Assembly: GCA_002503055.1 (NCBI GenBank)
Contig: DAQX01000029.1
Location: forward strand, 2,674 to 66,673
From: Euryarchaeota archaeon UBA86
Lineage (GTDB): Archaea; Thermoplasmatota; Poseidoniia; Poseidoniales; Thalassarchaeaceae
Direction of reading: 5' to 3'
Length of the DNA stretch: 64,000 bases
Position numbers and translations under genes: made by a program. The notes under the pieces are model-generated. The model had not been told where the DNA came from. It searched no databases and saw only the letters and a program-made list of their open reading frames with translations. The number at the start of each line of letters is the position of its first letter. Positions within the stretch are counted from its first letter, which is position 1. Below are positions 30,651-38,544 of this stretch, one piece after another.

Positions 30651-30902
30651 TCAATTCTCTTCGAGAGCCCCGGGGCGGAGTTGCCAGACACAAATCTCGT
30701 AGCGTCCCGATAGAGCACCACCTCTCTTTGTGGTTGAGACCTTCATGATGTCCTTATCCTTTGAGAGGACATTGCCCAACTGCTGAGGAGTCGTTCCGTG
30801 ACGCATAGTTGAGTTTACATGCTCTAGTATTTCGGTGGTGTTCGCTTCTCCTCTGTCATCGAGGAACTTCTTGATCTTCTGTCTTAGTCTGGTTGTTCTC
30901 AT
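30651..30902 (-). CDS. Small winged-helix-like protein (DUF3860-like)
   Basis: 'NT.EILEH.N.TMRHGTT.QQLGNVLSKDKDI' recalled as conserved in Thermoplasmatota. Confidence 0.7.
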   Translation of the reverse strand: MRTTRLRQKIKKFLDDRGEANTTEILEHVNSTMRHGTTPQQLGNVLSKDKDIMKVSTTKRGGALSGRYEICVWQLRPGALEEN

Positions 30903-30903
30903 A

Positions 30904-31257
30904 TCACTCTCTCCTTTCTTTGGGACTGTCTCGCTCGTGGTGCCTTACCCACTCGTCGGTAGCCCATTCCGACAATGGCGGCGAATTCCCAGTCATCCCA
31001 CTCTTGTGAACAGTTCCGATACGAACTAATGTCGCATCAGATTCCATAGCGGCAGTAATTTCTGAGCTGTTCGAAGGGTTGTTCTGAGAATTCACCCAAG
31101 CCGAGATTTCCGCAGTATTTCTTGGCCTTTCAGCTAGATACTTGCGGATAATCGACCTCAATTGATCTTTACTCAATTTCCTTCCTCCGTCTTTATTCGG
31201 ACCCCGGAGAGGCCCGATGCGCTTAGGATGGCGGGCGCTGATATAACCGTTCTGCAC
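30904..31257 (-). CDS. Divergent tandem paralogue of the downstream small winged-helix-like protein
   Basis: LR..IRKYL..RPRNTAEI..WVNS...SG...EW aligns by eye with 30651-30902. Confidence 0.65.
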   Translation of the reverse strand: MQNGYISARHPKRIGPLRGPNKDGGRKLSKDQLRSIIRKYLAERPRNTAEISAWVNSQNNPSNSSEITAAMESDATLVRIGTVHKSGMTGNSPPLSEWATDEWVRHHERDSPKERRE

Positions 31258-31431
31258 GAAATAATGTAATTTTGTTACATAATGTTGCAGAAAAATGACC
31301 TATTTCCATCATTGAACCAAGTGTGGAATTGGAACTAGTTATTTTTCCATTGGAAAGGTGTAACTATATGTAACTAAAATATAGAATTAAATACAACTCA
31401 CTAAACTCGTTACTCAAGGAGAGCGAAAGTC
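31258..31431. promoter_or_regulatory. AT-rich divergent intergenic region with an ORB-like box and repeated TGTAA motifs
   Basis: TTTCCATTGGAAA (31344-31356); ATGTAA-N5-TTACAT (31264-31280); TGTAACTA twice (31359-31376). Confidence 0.55.
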
Positions 31432-34041
31432 ATGTCCGAGGAACCTCTAGAGCCTCGAAAACGAGGTGAGGAGGTTGATCTAATCAAAATTCGAAGTAAA
31501 CACAGACGAAGGCTACTGAGTAGACTGACAGAAGGAGGGGCGACCGTAAGCGAACTAGCCAACGATGTTGACCTTAGAGTCCCTCATGCTTCTGCCGAGT
31601 TGAAGAGGCTGAGAAACGATGGACTAGTCTCCAGTGACCAGTCAGAAGGAAGTCGTGGTGCTAGTATGCACCTGACGCAGTTGGGTTGGGAGGCAATCCG
31701 TTCCGATGAACTATCTCGAGCTATGGAGGCAAACCCACTCCCTCCAAATTCGGAAATGTGTTGTTTGCTTTCTCGTGATGGGCCCAATCTCTTGCTCGGG
31801 GTTTTGCAACCAATTCAATCACCAATCATTCCAATTCCAACTCGACCTCCGAGAGAGTCAGGAACGCACTCTTCTTCCACAGGAAGAGAAGGGGTCCCTT
31901 GGACCTGGGCCGTGTTCAGAGAGAGAGATCCGCGATGGTTCGATCTTAGTACAATGGAACCTGCAATCAACATCCCCGAGCCCAATAATCCCGAGAACAT
32001 CGACACATACTCTTCCCAGTCTAATATTCTAGGATTAATTCGTGCCCGTTTATTGGACTATGAAAGACCAATAGCAATTGCTCCCGGACAATGGTTTGCT
32101 GAACCATCATTCCTACCTTCGCCTCCTCTACCAGAGAGAAATTACCATCGTGGCGAATGGGCGCTTGGTGCCTGTCACCCGAAGTCTCCTGAGGTTAGAC
32201 CTAGGATGCCCATAGCCGCCGTTTTATCTGAACGATTACCTAGGACAATGATTCTGCGAACTGCTCGATTGAACTCCCTGGTAATTGCAGATCTAGGTGG
32301 CCTTGATATCATAGGTGAAGAATATCCTCTGGGCGCTTTGGCCCATTGGATAGAACGCGCTCATCCTAGATTAGAAGAATCTGAGAGACAGCGCCGATTG
32401 CTCTCTTTAGAAAAAAGAGTCAGTAAAGGAAGAGGGAGGACCGACGACTCTACTTGGAGGAGATTCAGAGCAGATTGGGGCAATGCACAATTTGTGGAGG
32501 AAACAGACTCACTCAGACAACTCGACATCAGAGGCCTTGGAACTGCAGCATCTCAAGCATTGATTAAGTGGGCACTAGAGGACTACAATGCCCTACCTCT
32601 AACGCTTGAAATTGGCCCACAGTCTCCTGATGATTTAGTCTCTGCAATCGCGACACATCCTAATCTCAGACTTATTCTACTGGACTCTGATTGGTCAGCC
32701 TTCTCAAGCTTCGACAAACTGGAGAGCGATCCAATCAGACCACTTCCTTGGCTCAAGCTCACTACAGAATCGGAAAGCACCCTATCCATCAGACTCTTAG
32801 ATCCAATTCAATCTCAACCGACAACAGTATCGGATGACTTACAATCAAGGGCGTTAGATTCACTAGGTCCTGTTGCAGAATTACTGTCCTACTCTGAGGA
32901 TGAGGATTCGGTCATCATGTCTGCAATCTCTCAACATCCCGGCGGGAATGAAGAATGGGCAAATCAAATGGAGGCGAGATATCCACTGGCCGCATGGATT
33001 GCATCTCCTCCGAGGACTCGATGGCCTCGTTGGCAGAGACTCAGAGGAAGGTTGGATTCGGATTGGTTGGTTCTTTTGGGCCTAGATGATCTACCTCTTG
33101 AGAGACTATCTGAGATAGCAGACGAAGCGCCCGACTCAGTGTTGGGAGATTTCTCCGTTAAACTAGAACAGATCCTACGCTCTAACCCTGAAAAGGCACT
33201 GAGAATGCGCCCTGCTTCAGATCCGAAGAATGCTAGCAGAGGAGACTCCTGGGTGGCAGCCCAACTACTGTCTAATGCGCCTTGGCTCTCAGATAATCTT
33301 CACTCCGATTTAATCAGTTGGGCACTTGACGCTTGGTTGTGCCAACCTCCGATTGAATCCATGACAGCTCTTGAGGGAGTATCTTGGCTCTTCTCCTCCG
33401 AGAAACGCCAAGTCGAATTTAGACCTATTATCGAGGGTATTCAGAGTGTTGGGTCCCGGTGCCCGGAGGGGCATGAGTTGAGGATTTGGTCGAGTCTCGC
33501 TAAGGGACTTAATGACAATTCAAAACTCACTACTATGGAATTGAAGAGTATACTGAAATTACCTCCGGGATGGTGGGGGCCAATCTCATCAGCTATCCTT
33601 TCGACAATGCTAGAGAATGAGGAATCCACGAGCTGGATTCTGTCGAATCCAATTCCATGGTGTGCTGCTATCCTCAGACCTGTAGGAGAATCATGTGATG
33701 CCCCTGGATTGAATGACTATCGGCATCCGGGTTGTAACCCAGAGTTGTTATCCATGTTATATCGCCGACTCAGAGGAAGGAGCCAAAATGACGAACTCTC
33801 TGATTCAGCAGACTCAATCATAGATCTTCTCGATGCCTTGGACGCCGCAGCACGTGGCACACCCCCTCAACCCGGTAGGACTCACTCCTATTCTGGATGG
33901 CTAGCCCAACCTATTGAGGAGTGGCCGATTATCGATACTGAGGCGGCTTTGTTGGGGGACCCTCATATCTCTGAGAGAATTATTCTCAGGAAATCAGGAT
34001 ATCGTGTCGAATTCGGCTCTCTGGGCACTATTTCTGGCTAG
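31432..34041 (+). CDS. Large protein with N-terminal ArsR/MarR-type winged HTH; remainder unknown
   Basis: 'RRRLL..L.EGGATVSELA...L.VPHAS.ELK.LR..GLV...LT..G' followed by ~780 aa unrecognised. Confidence 0.7.
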   Translation: MSEEPLEPRKRGEEVDLIKIRSKHRRRLLSRLTEGGATVSELANDVDLRVPHASAELKRLRNDGLVSSDQSEGSRGASMHLTQLGWEAIRSDELSRAMEANPLPPNSEMCCLLSRDGPNLLLGVLQPIQSPIIPIPTRPPRESGTHSSSTGREGVPWTWAVFRERDPRWFDLSTMEPAINIPEPNNPENIDTYSSQSNILGLIRARLLDYERPIAIAPGQWFAEPSFLPSPPLPERNYHRGEWALGACHPKSPEVRPRMPIAAVLSERLPRTMILRTARLNSLVIADLGGLDIIGEEYPLGALAHWIERAHPRLEESERQRRLLSLEKRVSKGRGRTDDSTWRRFRADWGNAQFVEETDSLRQLDIRGLGTAASQALIKWALEDYNALPLTLEIGPQSPDDLVSAIATHPNLRLILLDSDWSAFSSFDKLESDPIRPLPWLKLTTESESTLSIRLLDPIQSQPTTVSDDLQSRALDSLGPVAELLSYSEDEDSVIMSAISQHPGGNEEWANQMEARYPLAAWIASPPRTRWPRWQRLRGRLDSDWLVLLGLDDLPLERLSEIADEAPDSVLGDFSVKLEQILRSNPEKALRMRPASDPKNASRGDSWVAAQLLSNAPWLSDNLHSDLISWALDAWLCQPPIESMTALEGVSWLFSSEKRQVEFRPIIEGIQSVGSRCPEGHELRIWSSLAKGLNDNSKLTTMELKSILKLPPGWWGPISSAILSTMLENEESTSWILSNPIPWCAAILRPVGESCDAPGLNDYRHPGCNPELLSMLYRRLRGRSQNDELSDSADSIIDLLDALDAAARGTPPQPGRTHSYSGWLAQPIEEWPIIDTEAALLGDPHISERIILRKSGYRVEFGSLGTISG

Positions 34042-34097
34042 AATTTACGATTTCTAACAACCGTGAGGTTCTTGACTACCCCCCATGGCCGTAGAAT

Positions 34098-34367
34098 GCC
34101 CGTGCTGCAACACCGTGGTGACGAAGCCCCACGCCGGAGGAATAGTATGAACCAAGGTACCAAGCACGGGTCGCCACTTGTCGAAGACCAGTGTGACTGT
34201 CTGCAACGGAATGATCACTGGAGCAAAGCAGGTGGCCGGATTGTGAAAGGTCCCCAGATGACCGTAAGGAATGAATCATGGAACTACCCCACAATCCGAC
34301 AAACGTCCCGGGGTGGGTCAGGCGCCCGAGCTTTGCTGTGAAGGCCGCCGTTACGCCCCGGGGCACA
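34098..34367 (+). ncRNA. Putative four-hairpin H/ACA box guide RNA
   Basis: Four consecutive hairpins, each with lower stem, internal pocket, upper stem and K-turn; ACA after hairpins 3 (34299-34301) and 4 (34365-34367); hairpin 4 pocket complements 23S helix 69. Confidence 0.8.
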
Positions 34368-34387
34368 CAACCACTGGAGGTGGAAAG

Positions 34388-35404
34388 ATACACGAGGTCG
34401 GCCTAATCGGCGGCACCTTCGACCGTTTCCATATCGGACATCGCAATTTGTTTATTTCCGGATTGTCAAAATGTCAGGCCATAGAGGTCTGGATTACCGT
34501 TGACTCAATCGCTAGAAAGAAAGACATCAGAATCAATCCCTGGGAACAAAGAGTGGAAGAAATCAAACAGGCTCTAGATGCATATTCCGAACGACTATCG
34601 TTTCATAAATTGACCAATCTACACGGCCCCGCTCCAACACATGAACAGGCAAGCGCGATTATATGCACATCAGAGACCATGTCAGAGTGTGAGGAAATTA
34701 ATACAATGAGAGGCGAATCAGGACTGTCCGAACTCGAGATAATTTGCGTCGAACACACCACATCTTGGGATGACTTTCCAATTTCTAGTTCTAGAATTAG
34801 AAATGGAGAAATTGACCGAGAGGGAAAACGCTGGATACCTGAGTCTTTCGAGACAAGCGTGATGATCATGACTTCTGAGGTTGAAGCCGAATTGAAGGAT
34901 CCATTCGGAGAATTGATTCCAGGACCAGAGGATAATCCCAGTGTGGCCATGTCAGAAGTACTGGACCTGACTAAGAACTCCCACGGCCCACTAATCGCAG
35001 TAGGCGATGTTACCGTTCGGACCTTACAAGACATCGGTAGAACGGCCGATATTGGGCTAATTGATGGTCGTACAAAGAGACAAGTTTGGGTTGGTGCCGA
35101 CGGAATTGATCCTTCTCTTTATGATTTGGAATTTGAGTGTACAAGCCCTGCAGGCCAACTCACTCCTTCTTTGCTCAATTCATGCCAAACAGCAATTACT
35201 TCTTGGACCGAGGAAGACAAATCCTCGTTGATTATTGTGGAAGGTGAGGAAGATCTAGCCCCTCTTCTCCTTCATCCTCTTGCACCCATTGGCTCAGTCA
35301 TTCTGTACGGTCAACCCGGTAAAGGAGTGGTAATCAGAATATGTGGAGAAGACGCTAAGCAACGCTGCCGCAGATTGCTAAGCGGATTTGCTACCAGTGA
35401 GTAA
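34388..35404 (+). CDS. coaD: Fused phosphopantetheine adenylyltransferase + GTP-dependent dephospho-CoA kinase (DUF359)
   Basis: GGTFDRFHIGH and ISSSRIR.GEID (PPAT); VGDVT, D.RTKR, V.GEEDLA, YGQPG.G (archaeal DPCK); start uncertain (ATA 34388 after GGAGGTG). Confidence 0.88.
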   Translation: MHEVGLIGGTFDRFHIGHRNLFISGLSKCQAIEVWITVDSIARKKDIRINPWEQRVEEIKQALDAYSERLSFHKLTNLHGPAPTHEQASAIICTSETMSECEEINTMRGESGLSELEIICVEHTTSWDDFPISSSRIRNGEIDREGKRWIPESFETSVMIMTSEVEAELKDPFGELIPGPEDNPSVAMSEVLDLTKNSHGPLIAVGDVTVRTLQDIGRTADIGLIDGRTKRQVWVGADGIDPSLYDLEFECTSPAGQLTPSLLNSCQTAITSWTEEDKSSLIIVEGEEDLAPLLLHPLAPIGSVILYGQPGKGVVIRICGEDAKQRCRRLLSGFATSE

Positions 35405-35935
35405 TCAAGCGGCGTCTTCTAGGGTGTGGATACCGACTCCAAAACTCACCAGAATCACCATCACAGCATAGACTCCGGGGTCGACCCATGTGGTGTTCAT
35501 TGAACTCCAAACAATGTAGAACATAACTCCAATGACAATCATCCAACTTGCCATAGTTCTTCTAATTCCATTCTCGGATGATAGAAGGCTAGATGCTACC
35601 GGTCCACTAGACAAACCTCTGAACCACTCCGCCACACCTCCATCGAAGCACTTCTTCATACCCATGGAGCCTAGGACTAACAATGCTACACCGAGCAATG
35701 CGAATACCATGTCATCCATCACAACTCCAGAACCATCGTGTGGAATATTTGAGGCAGCACTATCTCCAGAGATGAATCCAATCCACATCACCTTGAATCC
35801 AGGAGAGTAAGCTCCGATTGTGATGTTGACAACGGTCAGTAGAAGCACCCATGCTCCTAGCACCATTGTCAAAGTAGACATGACTTGACTCGGTCTGCTC
35901 AAGGACTCTCCCCAGTCAGTTCCCTGCATGGTCAT
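35405..35935 (-). CDS. Hypothetical 4-TM membrane protein
   Basis: Four hydrophobic segments. Confidence 0.7.
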   Translation of the reverse strand: MTMQGTDWGESLSRPSQVMSTLTMVLGAWVLLLTVVNITIGAYSPGFKVMWIGFISGDSAASNIPHDGSGVVMDDMVFALLGVALLVLGSMGMKKCFDGGVAEWFRGLSSGPVASSLLSSENGIRRTMASWMIVIGVMFYIVWSSMNTTWVDPGVYAVMVILVSFGVGIHTLEDAA

Positions 35936-35988
35936 CGAGGCGGCGACCTTACATCTTGGTTTAATCGTTGTCTGAGGGGGAAATCCAC

Positions 35989-37227
35989 TCAGAGTTGACT
36001 CTGTAGGTTGTATCTGCCAAGAGCAGCCTCGGCAATAAGTGGCTCAGACTCGCCCATTATCGAAATTGCATCAACACCCTTAGGTATTGCAGAGTTAACT
36101 TGCTTACTTCTTCCGCCCCGCCCTTTACTGACATTTCTAGCCATAATTATTCCCAAGGTGTCAAGCTCATTGAGTAGCGATGAGATTCGCCTAGGTGTAA
36201 GGGCCTCGACTGAGATCTTCATACACGCGTCGCTGTATGTCCTGTAAGTTTCTCCAGTAGAGATGTTTCTCATACCATTGTCCTCATTCAACTTGATTGC
36301 AAGGACAAGCAACTTCTGATGCAGAGGCAGAGTCTTGAGCACTGGAGTGACCTGATCGTACTCCAATTGACTCTGAGCCAACCGTACATGCCTTCTATCA
36401 ACAGTCTTCTGAGACCTCTGCTCGGCCTTCTGAACAGAGATGCGCAACAGGTCAAGAGCCCTGCGAGCGTCACCATGTTCCTGAGCAGCTAAGGCCGAGC
36501 AAAGCTCCAAAACTCCTTCCTCAATCACATCTTCACGCAAGCCAGTATTGACTCGTTCACTGAGGATATCCTGGATCTCAGGAGCCCCATAGGGGTGGAA
36601 TACCAAGTCCTCCTGACTCAATCTTGAGGTCACTCGTGGATCTAATTGCTGGGTGAAGTTGAGGTCATTACTGATACCAATAATGCAACACCTTGAATTC
36701 CTGAGTGAGGTATTGAGACTGGTCAAATTGTACAGTAAACCGTCACCAGCTCTTGAGACCAGATTGTCTATCTCATCTAGCACGATGATGTGAACTCCTC
36801 CTGCTCTATCCATCCTAGAAATCAATTCCTCAAGCACTCTATCAGTGGGCCAACCCGTGAATGGAATTGGAGTATCTCCTCGCCTCCCCAACTTACTGGC
36901 AATAGTCTGTACAACTCTGTACTTTGTGTCTACATTTCGACAGTTGATTTCGTAGGTCTCAACACTCTGTCCCATCTCCTCGCCCTTGTCGAGCAACTGT
37001 CCGAGAACAAATCTAGTAACAACAGTCTTGCCAGAGCCAGGGACTCCGTAGAGCAGCATGTTAGAGGGTATGTGTCCGTTGAGGGCGTCAACTAAGTTGC
37101 GAACCAAAGACTCGACCTCATGGCCCCTATGAGGAAGCCTCGTAGGCTCGAACGCGTGATCGAATGCACGCCTATCAACAAAGAGACAATCTTGCCCGAG
37201 AATTTTCTCGAAAATGTTTCCATCCAT
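35989..37227 (-). CDS. cdc6: Orc1/Cdc6 replication initiator
   Basis: LPHR, YGVPGSGKT, INC, LDEID, GISND, HGDARRALDLL, C-terminal wHTH with GRGGR. Confidence 0.95.
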   Translation of the reverse strand: MDGNIFEKILGQDCLFVDRRAFDHAFEPTRLPHRGHEVESLVRNLVDALNGHIPSNMLLYGVPGSGKTVVTRFVLGQLLDKGEEMGQSVETYEINCRNVDTKYRVVQTIASKLGRRGDTPIPFTGWPTDRVLEELISRMDRAGGVHIIVLDEIDNLVSRAGDGLLYNLTSLNTSLRNSRCCIIGISNDLNFTQQLDPRVTSRLSQEDLVFHPYGAPEIQDILSERVNTGLREDVIEEGVLELCSALAAQEHGDARRALDLLRISVQKAEQRSQKTVDRRHVRLAQSQLEYDQVTPVLKTLPLHQKLLVLAIKLNEDNGMRNISTGETYRTYSDACMKISVEALTPRRISSLLNELDTLGIIMARNVSKGRGGRSKQVNSAIPKGVDAISIMGESEPLIAEAALGRYNLQSQL

Positions 37228-37626
37228 TTTCTTTCACCTTCGGGCCAAATCACGAATACTGTCTCATCTAGGTCCGGGAACAAGATGTGTCAGCCAACGT
37301 GGATGTCAAGCGAGGATGTTGGTGGTAATAAGACTGTCCGACAAGTTGGGAACTTGGTCGGGTTTTTCCTTTCCTATCAGTCATTATATTGGTAAGCAAA
37401 AGCATTGACATATGTAACTCCTATTTTCCTCTCAGTATAGCGTTTTTGTGATTATAATTCCGGTGTAAAAAATGCATCATTCGAGGTACTATATATGCAA
37501 ATATCTTCTTCATGTAAATGTCGCCGAATTAACTCTAAGATGATCTCCAAAAGTCACGAATTTGCAAATACTTAGAGTCCGAATCGATAATCAGAATTTT
37601 TCTATGTATAAACAAAGTTAATTTAA
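37228..37626. other. Long intergenic region upstream of cdc6 with AT-rich distal half; candidate oriC and cdc6 regulatory region
   Basis: ~400 nt non-coding, the longest gap in the window; weak ORB-like TTCCGGTGTAAA (37458-37469); several inverted repeats. Confidence 0.5.
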
Positions 37627-38421
37627 TTATAAATTTCTTTGCAACGAAGCCGAACCTTTTTCGTCAATCAGCAAGCAATCTCCATCCTCAATCTGAACTA
37701 TAGATTCGGGCAGTTCTGGCATTGGGAATCCTATCTCCTCGCCCCTAGCACTGGAGTAGTTGTGAGTTACCAATACTGTCGCGTGAGGATGTCTCTGAGA
37801 GAATGCAACTACATCAGATGGGGTGTGGTGGTGAGGACTTTCTACGAAATCGGGAATTCCCATTTCAAGCAGAACAACCTGGCATCTCGAGGCCCTTTTG
37901 TCAATCTCCTCGCACGGCCCCGAGTCACCGCAGTGCAGGAATCTGAATCCATTTGAATGAATTAATTCGTAGCCGTGTGGATCGGTCTGCTCTACATGCT
38001 CTACAGCAAATCTCTCGAATGACCAATCAGTATCTTCTAGAGTCCCTGTCTCAGATTCAGACCACAAGATTCTCTCGTCTAGAGAATCCTCAAGACTTCC
38101 TGGGAAACCCGTGTTACACAGGTTACTCAGCAACTCCTTCCCTCCGGGCCTGAGATGGACATTGAGTGTAGACTTGAAGTCGGGATCTGAGATGAACTTC
38201 CTTTCGAGTAAAAGGAAGGGGAATCCGAAGATGTGATCGGCATGCCAGTGCGTGATGAGAATATGCCTTAGTTCACTTGGAGAGATGCCACACCTCCTCA
38301 ACTGAGCGAGCACTGTTGGCGGTGTATCTACTAGAACACATCCATCCAGTAGGGCGAGCGCATGCATCCTGCCAGGAGGCATGAATGCGTTACCCGTGCC
38401 TAGGAAGTCTATGCGCGCCAT
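37627..38421 (-). CDS. MBL-fold metallo-hydrolase (RNase Z/BN-like)
   Basis: LGTGNA, THWHADH, HCGDSG, H..H motifs. Confidence 0.85.
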   Translation of the reverse strand: MARIDFLGTGNAFMPPGRMHALALLDGCVLVDTPPTVLAQLRRCGISPSELRHILITHWHADHIFGFPFLLLERKFISDPDFKSTLNVHLRPGGKELLSNLCNTGFPGSLEDSLDERILWSESETGTLEDTDWSFERFAVEHVEQTDPHGYELIHSNGFRFLHCGDSGPCEEIDKRASRCQVVLLEMGIPDFVESPHHHTPSDVVAFSQRHPHATVLVTHNYSSARGEEIGFPMPELPESIVQIEDGDCLLIDEKGSASLQRNL

Positions 38422-38544
38422 GTGCCTCGATAGGGGACCCTGACTTGACCTCATCGCATTGAATCGGTTACTAGTTCCAGCCCCCTCTCAGCATTTGTTC
38501 ATAAACAGACCTTGTCTCGTCGGCTCGCCAACAGGGGAGTAATT

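Noticed and set aside
34098..34367. RNase P or SRP RNA as the identity of the structured RNA
   Set aside because: I could not find the P4 GAGGAAAGUCC-type and 3' partner motifs or the SRP helix-8 motif; the fold is four serial hairpins
34063..34393. ORFs 34063-34341 (+), 34076-34393 (-) and the N-terminal extension of 34271-35404
   Set aside because: No protein-like features; the region is better explained by the structured RNA
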